A stretch of DNA of 64,000 nucleotides from Haliotis cracherodii (taxonomy: Eukaryota), in assembly GCF_022045235.1 (NCBI RefSeq), contig NW_027266286.1:68696001-68760000 (forward strand), given 5' to 3'. A program made the position numbers and the translations under genes. Shown here piece by piece: positions 11,375-23,379 of this stretch (the stretch's first letter is position 1; each line of letters starts with the position of its first letter). Below the pieces are notes generated by a model, which saw only the letters and a list, made by a program, of their open reading frames with translations, did no database searches and was not told where the DNA came from.

Positions 11375-11612
11375 GCTTATAATATCTCTGCTTCGGGGTA
11401 GAATAGGTCTTCAGCAACCCATACTTGCCGTAAAAGGCGACTATGCTTGTCGTAAAAGGCGACTAAAGGGATCGGGTGGTCAGGCTCTTTGACGTGGTTG
11501 AAGCATGTCATCGTATCCCAATTGCGTAGATCGATGCTCATGATGTCAATCACTGGATTGTCTGGTCCAGACTCGATTATTTTACAGTGCGGCGTTAAAC
11601 AACAACAACAAC
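11375..11612 (+). mobile_element. Retroposon family B (insertion-bearing subfamily)
   Basis: Family B body preceded by gcttataatatctctgctt, an insert shared with 21246-21466. Confidence 0.85.
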
Positions 11613-11667
11613 AAAAATCCTGCAGGATTCCTGGCAGGAGAAATGCCATCGCAGTTGTCACCAGTTT

Positions 11668-11848
11668 GTTAGTTCTTTAACGCTTGTAATAGTACAACTA
11701 TATGACAGTGGTCTGTAAAAAATCGATTCTGAACCAGACAATCCAGTGATTGACATCATGAGCATCGATCTACGCAATTGGGATACGATGACATGCTTCA
11801 ACCAAGTCAAAGAGCCTGACCATCCGATCCCGTTAGTCGCATCTTACG
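11668..11848 (-). mobile_element. Retroposon family B, 5'-truncated, inverted relative to its neighbour
   Basis: Reverse complement of the family B body. Confidence 0.85.
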
Positions 11849-12034
11849 TCTGTCATCAGTGGTTGTATGTCATTCCAGAAAATATTAAAAACAAATATAA
11901 ATCAAAGTATTAAACAGTAGTTTATATAATAATTATATACGAGGTGTAAAATCGAACTTACGTGCCACTGACAGGGCAGACTTTATTTTTTAACCTCTAG
12001 AGAGGCACCGCCATTCATAGCGTGTGTGTGTCTG

Positions 12035-12279
12035 CTTTGAGGCCCGGTTGTTTTAAGTACGGTGAGATCCTTTGCAAAGTTGCGTCCCGTAGCCCTACCA
12101 GGATCCGCTGATCGTGGGTTCGAATCGGAATTGTTCCTGGTCATGACCTCGATCTGTTAGCACCATACCAGTGCTCGAGAGTTTCAGCAAAGTGATAGAA
12201 CATTCAAGACATCGTAAATTCGGGCTATACTCCCTCGTCACGCTGACGTAAATCTGTCATGACGATCAATCACTCACTC
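12035..12279 (+). mobile_element. SINE family C, degenerate
   Basis: gtgggttcgaatc B box; tagcaccataccagtgctcg; (cact)n tail. Confidence 0.65.
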
Positions 12280-12375
12280 TTTCGCGTCTACTGAGAGAAA
12301 AAGACCAACATCGTGGACCTAAAGTGTAGCATTCATAATGGCATCCATGGTTACCATACATCACATACAAACCTT

Positions 12376-12565
12376 TAGACTAACATCTAGTCTCTGAAAT
12401 CTTATATTACACAATATCCTTCTTGACTCTAAAAATAATAAAAAATTCCCTATGCTGATTGTGGAATAGAGCTAGCTTGATCTGGCTAGACTTGCTGTTG
12501 TATGCATTTCTAGATTATTATGTTTTCATAAAATAAATATATTCCACGGTCATGGTGCAGGACTA
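12376..12565 (+). mobile_element. TAG...CTA non-autonomous DNA transposon (AcademH-like), subfamily E2
   Basis: tagactaacatctagtctctgaaat...gacta; imperfect 9-bp TSD acaaacctt / acaaaacat; homologous to 24418-24601. Confidence 0.7.
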
Positions 12566-13414
12566 ACAAAACATGATAACATACAAATATATCACCTCAT
12601 GGAAACCTTATGGAATATTGACAGAATAAGTTGCATGACGCTCAATCATCTAAAGTACTTTCGAAGTGACACCTACAAAATTTACGCATTGAAACAAATC
12701 AATAGTTCAAGAAAAACGTTTCAATTACAGAAACCACAAATCAACTTCCATGCAAGCAGCCACGTCTTAACATGTCACAACGTGATGACAAAGCCCCAGC
12801 ACCCCTCCCGCAAGGCGGCCTTAAGGCTGCCAGCAAGTCTCGTCAAGTGATGTCATAATCACGTAATCACGTTTGTCAAGCACGCCGGGTACGTGACTTG
12901 GGCGTGACGCTGATGACAGCTGATTACCTCCCTTTGTTGAAACTCGCCTATAACAATAGGTTGGGATCTTTTGTTAGACGGCCGAGCTCGGGACCTCACG
13001 CCAGCCTTTCAGGGACACTATGCATGTTCAGCGGCTAATCGATTGGTCTCGCTGTGTGAAAATGATTTAGCAAAACCCAACCGTGTAATCTTTGGATTTG
13101 CTTCCAAAATCTGGTTTGAATTTATATTCTGTGGTGTGACGAATAGCTCGTTTGTTGATGTAAACGCAATTGGGGCCATGCGGTTTTTTTGCCTGAAACG
13201 AGGCGTTGGACGTCGGCCTGTTATATAACACTGGGAGTTATACCGTTGCAACAATTTGTCGCTACCCTGATTTTCTGATCCAGTATCACAGAGTCAGATT
13301 GCGTTTCCTTTCATGGGAAATGGGTGGGAGTCAAATATGTTATGGTACCCGAGAAACAGTTAAATCCCTTTAATCTATAATGATGATGATTACTGTTACT
13401 AAAACCGTCAAAAC

Positions 13415-13665
13415 CCTTACCATAATCATAAGGAATCCATTATTGTACGATTCCATTGTACGATTCCAACTATAGCATTAGCACTATCAATAATTGATGA
13501 TATCAGGTGTTCGCAAGAATGTGAGCGTATCCTGTCCCACCAGTGGCTCCGGTCATAAACACATACAAAGGCAAGTCAATTGTTCACCTGAAAAAGAAGG
13601 TAACATATGTTTCAAGTCAAAATCAGACATAATTTTTGTCACTGAAGCCTCAATTTGGAAATCTA
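13415..13665 (-). mobile_element. 3' region of the Penelope-like element (copy 2)
   Basis: Reverse complement reads tcaggtgaacaattgacttgcc...gccactggtgggacaggatacgc...gaacacctgatatc, homologous to 9735-9990. Confidence 0.75.
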
Positions 13666-14079
13666 CTTGTGTATAATACAATTTAAGTAAGTAATTTAAG
13701 CTAAGTAATTTCTTAGCAATAGTAGTATGTCGCTCTTTGGCATCCTCGTAGAAAGGGCATGCTCAATTGTGCCTCAACTGTTGTTATCTTTTTACATTAC
13801 AAAGTATTCATGAATACTTTATTCAGAAATGGATTCCTCCCACACGATTCCAAGAGAAACGCGATTTCACTGTACCATTTTAAAAATTAGAAATTGTTAC
13901 CGCACCATGTCTGTGATGTTATTCAACAGTAATTTCAGACCATACCCTGCAAATCACAATCAACCCACCTATGAAGAAGCATTATACGGTGGTGTATTAT
14001 GTGAACTCATTTGACAAACTAAAAAAAGGTTCATCAAAATAGTATTCCTATTCTAGTATAAGATACAACGTTACCTCAG

Positions 14080-14250
14080 GTTTGTTTTGTTTTTGTTTGT
14101 TTGTTGTTAAGCCTTGCACTCAGAAATGTTCCAGCTATATGACGGCGGTCTGCAAATAATCGCGTCTGAATCAGACAATCCAGTGACTGACATCGTGATC
14201 ATCAATCCACGCAATTGGAATACGATGACATGCATCAACCAAGTCATCGA
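14080..14250 (-). mobile_element. Retroposon family B, 3' part
   Basis: Reverse complement of the family B body and tail. Confidence 0.85.
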
Positions 14251-14275
14251 GTCAGGGATACAAGTCTTAAAGAGT

Positions 14276-14485
14276 GCACGGGCGGCCCAGTCGTCTAAGT
14301 CCTTAGGGACGCTAGAAACCTATGGTTGTGGGTTCGAATCCAGGTTAGCCCCGATTATGTTTCTAGGTTTGCCAGCATCATACCCGTGCTCGTGGGTTTC
14401 ACCGAAGTGGCAAACGTCCGCTGACACGCCGTGATATAACTGGAATACTGTTAAAAGCGGTGTAAAACCAAACACATTTCTCACT
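14276..14485 (+). mobile_element. SINE family C with internal deletions
   Basis: cacgggcggcccagtcgtctaag...gggttcgaatcc...gcggtgtaaaacc. Confidence 0.85.
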
Positions 14486-14593
14486 ACTAGGATTAAAACA
14501 TTATTTTACCTCACATCAGCATTTGTCAGCCTCATGGGAGTCTACTCTGCCCTAAATTTGGTTCGAAATTACAAGTATAAACATAGCTCAGAC

Positions 14594-14615
14594 CAAAGAC
14601 GTATATACGTCCGTG
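14594..14615. mobile_element. 22-bp palindromic micro-insertion with 7-bp TSD (P-element-type remnant)
   Basis: caaagacgtatatacgtccgtg flanked by ctcagac on both sides; CA..TG termini. Confidence 0.5.
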
Positions 14616-15045
14616 CTCAGACTCTGAAGCTAAGGTGAAGAGGTGTTGGACATTGATGACATCATATTATGCATTGGTACGCATCTGTTCTGTAGCCATG
14701 GTAACGCTGCCGTAGCTAATCTCTTCTCAACTTACAGCAAATCAGATGTTTAAACCTTGTTACGTGGATACGATGGCCACGAGCCGTAACACCTGGTTAC
14801 GTTGAGCGTGGCGTAATGCGTTACGTTGTGTTACTGCGCCCACGTAATACTTATACAAAACGTGAGTTATCGCCCTTGTGGTGAGTTAACAGAACTACAA
14901 AAAAGTGGTAACCGTTCTCCAAGTTCTGGTCATAACCAATTTGTGGTTGGGGGTGCAATGTATGTCGTACAAGCGAGGATAGGTAGCATTGTTGTAAGAA
15001 ATGGTTACAAATTATTTCATTGCAGTGTAAGAAATGTTGTGTGGT

Positions 15046-15204
15046 AAGATAAGATAAGATAATATTTATTGCAGAAACGTTCCATTACGGGACAGATGCA
15101 ATTTTAAAAGACAAGACATTATGATTCATATATACATATATACAGACATACATAATTTACATCCCTGTAGACACATACAACAACAAAACAATCAATATTA
15201 CATA
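15046..15204 (-). mobile_element. Probable LINE 3' end with AATAAA + (ATCTT)n tail, running into the gap
   Basis: Reverse complement ends ...tgcaataaatattatcttatcttatctta; no coding part is visible. Confidence 0.4.
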
Positions 15205-15370
15205 NNNNNNNNNNNNNNNNNNNNNNNNNNNNNNNNNNNNNNNNNNNNNNNNNNNNNNNNNNNNNNNNNNNNNNNNNNNNNNNNNNNNNNNNNNNNNNNN
15301 NNNNNNNNNNNNNNNNNNNNNNNNNNNNNNNNNNNNNNNNNNNNNNNNNNNNNNNNNNNNNNNNNNNNNN
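15205..15370. other. Assembly gap (166 N)
   Basis: Run of N. Confidence 1.
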
Positions 15371-15498
15371 AAAGGTCAGAAGGAATGTGTGCAAAGTCAG
15401 AAAGAAATACGAACAATAGTGACTTGTAGTGTAACCATAGAGTTTTCGATATTTTTTGTCAATAAACAATATATCACGTGACTAACCACGGGTCCGGG

Positions 15499-15500
<2 letters not shown>

Positions 15501-15575
<75 letters not shown>

Positions 15576-15584
15576 CGTGCGTGT
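15501..15584. repeat. (GT)n microsatellite
   Basis: Direct reading. Confidence 0.98.
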
Positions 15585-15999
15585 AATGAGTGGACGGTCA
15601 CTTATTAGAGGGAAGGGGGCTGGGGCAGAGGGGATCAGGTGATCAGAGGAGGGTAGCTCAAAAATAGAACAGTTTATTGGTTACGGTCGTGATTAAAATG
15701 AACATTCAATTATAAAATTTGAAGTCTTTCAGGTTGTGTTGTGAACACAATGTGCAAGGACGTGGGAAGGGTCATCAAAATAAATGAATGACAAGCATTA
15801 GGGGAGCGTAAGTATTTTCAATACTTTAGTGTATTAAACACCTCTGACACCCCGAGGTGACAATGTCCCATGTGATATTACATAATAGAGATTCATTCTT
15901 CACGCTCTAAAGTTGTAAAAAGTCTCATTGGAATTTTATTTACTAAAATCTTCCAATGTGGGCATTTACATTCAACATCCTGATTTCCTGTACCACATG

Positions 16000-16035
16000 T
16001 ATATAAGGCGGTGTGAATCCCAAAAGAGACATTCA
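16000..16035 (+). promoter_or_regulatory. TATA box + initiator core promoter
   Basis: TATATAAG at 16000-16007 and Inr-like cAttc with A at 16031 (31-nt spacing), followed by a short leader, ATG and a canonical donor. Confidence 0.6.
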
Positions 16036-16076
16036 AATTGTTTATTCTCTCGTGGATAAACAACGTAACTGACAGG

Positions 16077-16113
16077 ATGCGCCTTCTTAACGTTGCAGTT
16101 GTTGTAGTCTTGG
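16077..16113 (+). CDS. First coding exon of a probable secreted protein (signal-peptide N/H region MRLLNVAVVVVL, phase-1 intron)
   Basis: aggATG with A at -3; basic residue then hydrophobic run; G|GTAAGT perfect donor at 16114. Downstream exons not assigned. Confidence 0.6.
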
Positions 16114-17694
16114 GTAAGTGTGCCTTATCTGATGAGAATTCGCAATCTTAAACTTTGTAATGATCAACTTTATTAGCTCTTCCTGAGTTTTAAGTGGCTT
16201 TTCGATTTGCTGACAACGTAATGAATAGGATTCTAAAAAGAAAAATACTTTCACAGAAGTCCATTAAAGAGTCTATTTCACTTCATCCCCAACCGAGCAT
16301 CGTTTCAATAGTTTTTTCTCATCCGTCTATCAACAACGCTAAACTTTTGAACCTGATGGTTGATCTCTAATGACTTCAGCGTCTTTGCGGCAAACAAAGT
16401 ACTTAGACTTTTTTATAGTTTCATATTACTTGCGGGCCGTCTTGACCCAAGGATTACGCTGCGCTCCTGGGTCACCGGTCATAGCCGCGAATGTCACCCC
16501 ACGGGGTCGTGCTCTCCTACCCCCTCTTCACCGTAACAGGAGCCAGGGAGCCAAGAGCCGTTGACCCGTGTCATTGGGGAGATTGACAGGTTTAAAACAT
16601 AAAATTCTCCCAGATTAACACCTGTGGACGCTGGGGCATGATCATTTACAATTATCAACTCACTCTGAGTTTGATCGTAGGTTATAGTATTACCAAAAGC
16701 TGGTAAATAAGAACACTTAAGTCGTAAATTACATGAATCAATACACCGACAGGGAATATATTTCCTCATAGAGTGTAAACTAGATCAGTCCAAAAATTGC
16801 CGGGTCATCAAAAACATAACTGATTGTTTGAAAGGTGACGAAGAAGCGTTCAAGACCTCAGAGAACATCTCAAGAGGTCGACCTTTCTTGACAGGAAAAT
16901 TATACGTTGGTCGCTAATTACACCCAGAACGTTGCGCCTTTTTCGACATTATGGTGGCAAAACTACCGCTATGTCATCGAAACATGCTGGGTTCTTTACA
17001 AACTTCGACCCCCAAATTACCCCCTCCACAAACCATGGCGGCGGTCGGGCTGACCCGAACCTGTGACATTGTCAATTTCATTGTCGGTGGGTATTTCATA
17101 ACTAGGTTGAAAAATGGAAGTGGTGGTAAAATATGACAACGCTATATTTGCTACGTCAGTGGTTATTGAAAGATTTGTGACATATGACTTTTTTTTAATG
17201 GTTTGACAGGTGAGCGTGACAAGTGAAAGAGAGCAAGTGTTTGAAGAATGGTAAACTTGACCTCTTTCATGAAATAATACCTTTCAGGAAACCACAAGGA
17301 GTGCGAAGTCAGTCCGTTATGACTTGTAGCGTCCGTTCAGTATTAGGGAATGTGCCTTTATGTTGTGGTTTGACAGGCATTGGTTGAAATAGACATTATA
17401 TTTGACAGAACCTCTTAACGGTTCTCCTCAACACATTAAAGCCTCATTGAGGTACGTTTCTGAACAAAGGGTTATGGGTGTCGTCATTAACAGTAATTGA
17501 CAGGCTGTAATACTATTGTGAAATGTGACAGATTTGTGTGGGAAAATAAATTCATTCGTCCAGAAGGTGTTGTGAATAGATAGAAAATTTGATGACACAA
17601 TAAAGAAATGTACATGAAATTAACAACTAAATAGGAAGGCCTTCATTTCACAGAAAATCTGTACATTTCGACGAACATTTCAATGGGCCATTGA

Positions 17695-17877
17695 GTGAGT
17701 GAGTCAGTGAGTGAGTGAGTGAGTATGGTTTTACGCCGCTTTTAGCAATATTCCAGCAATATCACGGCGGGGGACACCAGAAATGGGCTTCACACATTGT
17801 ACCCATGTCGGGAATCGAACCCGGGTCTTCGGCGTGACGAGCGAACGCTTTAACCACTAGGCTACCCGACCGCCCCA
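17695..17877 (-). mobile_element. SINE family A, full length
   Basis: Near-identical to 9364-9528; perfect 13-bp TSD aatgggccattga. Confidence 0.95.
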
Positions 17878-18374
17878 AATGGGCCATTGAAATACATGTA
17901 GATACTAGTACTTAATTTGTGATTTTAATGACGCATGTATGATATTGTTAGAATAGTAAAACGGGCTTGGCAGATATTTTTTATGATTATGTTTGTGATT
18001 TGTCGCTTTTGTTTATGTCATCCTCATACATGCACATCATGTAGATAATTTCAGCGTTTGATCCTGTATAATGACCCCACCCTAATTGGATGTATTGCGA
18101 ATTCTTTTTCTGTAAAAGTCTGTATTTCCATTCTTAATGCCTAGTTTTGTTGCAATTGTTAGTTGTGCGAAAACTGAAACACGACCTGAAAATTATCTTT
18201 GGCATTTAAGTGCTGCTGTGAACAATATTTTCTTGAAATGTCCTCAAGTGAAGCAGTTCGTAGATATTGACCATTTACATGTAGTTGAGATCTTTGAGTG
18301 CTGGCTAGACACAGGGACCAATGTCCCTTTAATCTAGGATTCGAACCATTACATTCGTAATGTGGGTAAAGACA

Positions 18375-18592
18375 CCGCCTCCGTGGTCTAGTGGTAGGGC
18401 GTCTGCCCAGGGAGCTGAAGGTGCTTGTTGTTACCCTGCCTGACGCTTGCCATTTAAGGGATAAAACAAGGACTGACGGCTCGTAGTCATAATAATGTCT
18501 GCGTGGAGTATCAATGTAAAACTGCGGAATTGTAGCACTATTGAACCGGCATTAGTCCGGACAAATACAAGAGGCCACAGGGACACGTGCGT
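18375..18592 (+). mobile_element. SINE family D, internally deleted
   Basis: cgcctccgtggtctagtggtagggcg head; ttgttgttaccctgcctgacgc...aaaacaaggact core. Confidence 0.8.
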
Positions 18593-18594
18593 GC

Positions 18595-18752
18595 TTTGTT
18601 TGTTTGTGTGTTTGTTTGATGTTTAACGCCGCACTCACCAATATTCAGCTGATTGACTGCAGTCTGGAAGAGATAATGAACTGGACCAGACAATCCAGTT
18701 ATTGACATCATGATCATCTATCTACGCAATTGGGATACGATAACATCAATCA
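18595..18752 (-). mobile_element. Retroposon family B, 3' part
   Basis: Reverse complement of the family B tail and body. Confidence 0.8.
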
Positions 18753-19597
18753 AGCTATACACGAGCTCTATAAGTGCAATAATATTGAACTTGAGCAGAC
18801 TATAACGTTCAATTTTGCTTTTTCATAATGTTTTGCATGTACTGTTAAATTCACTTCGAGTTGAATTGATTTCAGTACATGATTGACAGACGATCTGGCA
18901 AATGCAGCTGCCATTTTAAACTCGTCGGGGTTGAAATCGACAAGTATGCTATCTACCTGTCAACAACTGAAACATACAACCGTCACGAGCCGAACATGCT
19001 GACATCTGGTAGGCCTCAGTCAACGCCTGTCATTACGCAACTCACTCCCGCTTGTCGATTTCTTATCAGCGAAGAAAACTGAAATCTACACGATATGTAC
19101 TTTATCAAACTAGGGGTTGCCTGTTGTAGATTTCACACACCAAACAGCTGTGTCTCGTGCGAGTTTATGAATTATGAGTCTGTTTCACTTGACTAACAAT
19201 TTTCACAAGTGCTATATAACATCCATAAAAACATAAGTATTTATTCAAAGCTTATCTATTCGTGATGTCGATTTCAGTGTGTCTCTTTCATGATCGCATG
19301 TTGACGAGAGTATTGCATGTGTAAATTTAATCTCGTTTACTCAAATGTATCGTGGTAGTTAAGTAACAGTCATTGCTATGTTAAACCTACAGTGTTAATA
19401 TACACGCACGAAGGTGTTTCTACATGAAAGCAAGCGTTTGAAGTTAAATCTTTACTTTACAGACCTCTCAGTTACACCAGATTGTATCAGTTAGATTACA
19501 ACAGATACATTACTGTCTGTCGGTAAAGCTACTCTACATATTTGAAGGTGGGGAGCGTGGATGTTATGACGGTCGTTACATTGCTTGCTGTTAAAGG

Positions 19598-19829
19598 GTG
19601 ATGGGGTAGCCTTGTGGCTAACGCGTTCGCTCGTCTCGTAAAAGGCCGGGGATCGATTCCAACATGGGCACAAGGTATGAAGCCAATTCCTTGTGTTTCC
19701 CGCCCTTATGTTGAGGGAATAATGCTAAAAGCGGAGTAAAACTATACTCACTCACTCCTCATTTCACCACGTTACATTGCTTGCTTCACGGAGTAAAACT
19801 ATACTCACTCACTCCCCATTTCACCACGG
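19598..19829 (+). mobile_element. SINE family A, diverged, with duplicated tail
   Basis: Head ggggtagccttgtggctaacgcgttcgctcgtc; tail cggagtaaaactatactcactcactc..catttcaccacg occurs twice. Confidence 0.8.
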
Positions 19830-20561
19830 GCCTAAATATTTTCTTAAAACCATTGTTTTTGTGAACAGCTCATGTATGAGTTATACGAACTGCTAAATAC
19901 AACATGGGAGATAAAAAAGTATAAGATTCACATATCAATTATGAGAAATCTAGAATTTTTAAAACAAATTTATGAGAGTAAATCCAAGCACAATAGAAAA
20001 CTACTCCGACCGAATACAATGTTGTGGTTCTCAATAACCGCAGATTGTTTCAGTTCTGACTTTCGGAGATTAGAAGATCTCAATGCGATCTGAGGGATTC
20101 ATCGTTTCTCTGTTAAAGTACGCGGATCTGGTTAAGCGTTTTTCGGAGTGTTTGTTTCAGCCAAGGTATATCTCTGTTTCTTGTGAAACAGAAAAAGATT
20201 GATTGATATCCAGAACACAAAGACTGCACCTGCGAACACTGAGATTCGTGTTGATAATCCTACATGCATCAGCATCACTGTAGAACACGGGGAGATTGTA
20301 TATCGGTGTGCTACCAGCTCTCTTGCAGGTGTAAAACAATAAGCCGATAACACCTCGTGAATGCCTCATCATGTTTTTTGTTTTTGTATGACTTTGTATT
20401 TTAGTTGTAGTTTTTTTTCTTCTAAATTTAACTTTGAGTTGTTTTAGGGTTTGTTGTTATTGTTGTTATTTGTATTGTTTTTGTTGTTTTTTGTTGCTTC
20501 TTTTGGGCTACATCTTCATCTATGAATTCATGTTCATATATTCATTTTATCATGCTTATTT

Positions 20562-20710
20562 TCTGTTTGTTTGTTTGTTGTTTAACGCCGCACTCAATAT
20601 TCCAACTATATGACGGCGGTCTGTAAATAATCGAGTCTGCACCAGACAATTCGGTAATTGATATCACGAACATCGATCTAAGCCGTTGGAATACGATGAC
20701 ATGTATCAAC
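20562..20710 (-). mobile_element. Retroposon family B, 3' part
   Basis: Reverse complement of the family B tail and body. Confidence 0.85.
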
Positions 20711-20746
20711 AATATCTTGGTTGTGGTCTCTCCAGCTTGATGACGG

Positions 20747-20847
20747 CACAGGGCCACGGATAGCCATACTATACTGACTGTACTGATTACATTAAAAAAA
20801 GATGTAATCAGTACAGTCAGTATAGTATGGCTATCCGTGGCCCTGTG
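20747..20847. mobile_element. 101-bp perfect hairpin MITE (46-bp arms, 9-nt loop), 8-bp TSD
   Basis: Arms 20747-20792 and 20802-20847 are exact reverse complements; termini CACAG...CTGTG; flanks gatgacgg / gataacgg. Confidence 0.85.
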
Positions 20848-20940
20848 GATAACGGTGTAAGAATTGTCACGGAGACGTCGCTATATGCAACACAACCCGA
20901 AAGTTGTTATCCATTTTGTCGTCTCTTATGACACGCAGGG

Positions 20941-21180
20941 GCCCGTGAAACCCTTGCTTGCTGTATGAGGCGACTACATGTATGCTTGTCGTGGGACACG
21001 ACTAAATGGATCGGGTGGTCAGGTTCGCTGGCTTGGTTGACGCTTGTCATTGTATCCTAATTGCGTAGATCGATGCTCATGATGTCAATCACTGGAATGA
21101 CTGATAGAGACTTGATTATTTACAGACCGCCGTCATATAGCTGGACTATTGCTGAGTGCGGTGTTAAACAACAAACAAAC
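20941..21180 (+). mobile_element. Retroposon family B
   Basis: Family consensus with a deletion in the 5' head. Confidence 0.85.
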
Positions 21181-21245
21181 ATACAAGCATGGATGTTGGG
21201 GACCTTTTATCTTTCCCAGAATCCCCAAGGGTCTTATCTTATGTT

Positions 21246-21466
21246 TGTCTGGACCAGACAATCTAGTGATTGATATCACGAGCATTGATCCACGCAATTG
21301 GGATTCGATGACATGCATCAACCAAGTCAAAGAGCATGACCACCCGATCCCGTTAGTCGCCTTTTACGACAAGCATAGTCGCCTTTTACGGCAAGTATGG
21401 GTTGCTGAAGACCTATTCTACCCCAAAGCAGAGATATTATAAGCCTACCCCGGATCTTCACGGGTC
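21246..21466 (-). mobile_element. Retroposon family B (insertion-bearing subfamily), 3' tail missing
   Basis: Reverse complement starts gacccgtgaagatccgggg and carries a ~25-nt insert taggcttataatatctctgctttgggg. Confidence 0.9.
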
Positions 21467-21916
21467 TTATTATATGTCATCCTGGCTAATCCTGAACGAG
21501 TTTCTTATAACGATGACTTCACGAAGTGACGTCATGACGCAGTATTTTGTCTCGTGGACTAACTTCATAAATACAACACAGTGTAACGTTTCCGCCCAAC
21601 TCTCCGTCCAACGTCATAACGTCAATATGTAACGTCGTCGCCATCTTCTTCCTTCCCCCGTCACCACCTCATGACATTCGTATGTCTTAATTTGCAGATA
21701 ACATACATTTAACGCAGAATAGATCATTTTGTCTTGATTCAATGTAAATTTATAACGTCAACACCAGAGAAAACTCGATTATCCGACGTAACAGACACTG
21801 GGTGGATAAGCCATAACTGTATGAATAGATCACTGAAAATTAGTGAAGACAGCAGGTGTTTACGAAAAGGGTACACCACCGGTAGCGTCCGCCACTCACA
21901 CAATTCGCATAAAAAG

Positions 21917-22161
21917 GTGAAGATTCTGGGTTAGAACTGGTCTTCAGCAACCCATACTTGTCGTAACAGGCGATTAACAGGATCGGGTGGCCAGGCTCGC
22001 TGACTTGGTTGCTGCATGTCATCGTATCCCGATTGTGTATATCGTTGCTCATGATGTCAATCATTGGATTGTCTGATCCGGATTCGATTAATTACAGACC
22101 GCCGTCGTATAGCTGGAATAATGTTGAGTGCGGCGTTAAACAACAAACAAACAAACAAACA
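21917..22161 (+). mobile_element. Retroposon family B (single-hairpin variant)
   Basis: Only one at.cttgtcgtaa.aggcga.t unit; (AAAC)n tail. Confidence 0.88.
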
Positions 22162-22785
22162 AAGCATAAAACAATTAGTGTTTGTTGCCAAATCCCGCAC
22201 CATAGTACTCGTGCCATACGATTGCAGCCTGTAGACAATATATTTGACCAGAGATTGGTTCACATTCCTTCGTCTTTAATTAATATGAGCTATCATGGGG
22301 CTATGGTAAAATAAATACATATTTTACAAAATGATTCTGATAAAACAGTAAACCCAAGGCGCACTATCGTTTTATAATTTCACTGTAATCCTCTTTGCCC
22401 TTTATGGTTTTGATCGAGGCATTATATAACCGAACATGACCCGCTCTGCGGTTCCCAAGTGTAAGATAACTGTTGTTAATTGCCCCGATCTGCGTCACAA
22501 TGTTATATTTTATGGTAATATTATAACCCTGTGAGGTGCCCGTTTCGCATGTCGATTTCACATAATGGCAGGTGTTTCATTAGCGGCACTCTTTGATAAG
22601 ATGCTTGCACGCAGAGCACGTTCAGAAGGATACGGGTGTGTACAGGCGAACGTGTAAGATATGAAATAGACATAATAAATGTATCCTTATCGCACACGTG
22701 CATGATAATTTCGCGGTGTATGTTTCACATTTCAGCTGGCCATCATGCTGCGAGATCATGACATCAATTTTCGACATTTTATATA

Positions 22786-22878
22786 CTACTCAAAAGAAGT
22801 TAAAGAACACCCGATTTTTTCATATGACAATTGTTAATCTGTCATGCTATCGAGTGTTCCTTCCCTTCTTTTGAGTAG
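22786..22878. mobile_element. 93-bp Tc1/mariner-type MITE
   Basis: TIR ctactcaaaagaag / cttcttttgagtag with TA on both sides; partial relative near 59349-59404. Confidence 0.8.
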
Positions 22879-23379
22879 TATAAATTAGGCAGCAAGATAA
22901 CAGTTCTTCACATTCTATGAACTCCTTGCCATTCCTAATTTTGTTCCATGGTTCTTTTTGTACAAATACCAGGCGGTTTTAAGCCTTCGATGCAAACATA
23001 AAATATAGGACTCAATATGATTTGTGTGTATGTTGTTTAACGCCGCACATTGCAATATCCGAACTATATGACAGTGACTTGTAAATAATCGCGTCCAGTG
23101 ATCGATATTGAGAGCAACGACCAACCGTCGGGGTACCCGGTCGCCTCTTACAATGCCATAACGTATTTCTTATTTTGGCTGTTTTAAGTTATATTTCATA
23201 TCTACGCGTACAGAACGTAGTGTCTCATAAGCCAAATAATTGGACGCGTTGTATATCATGTGTGATCATTATGTATATTTTACATATACACGTGCGTATA
23301 ACACGTTAGAAAACAGTATGCTGCCAATTCTTACAACCAGCGTACGGGACCTGTGCTAACCGGGAGTCCCCAGGGAGAT

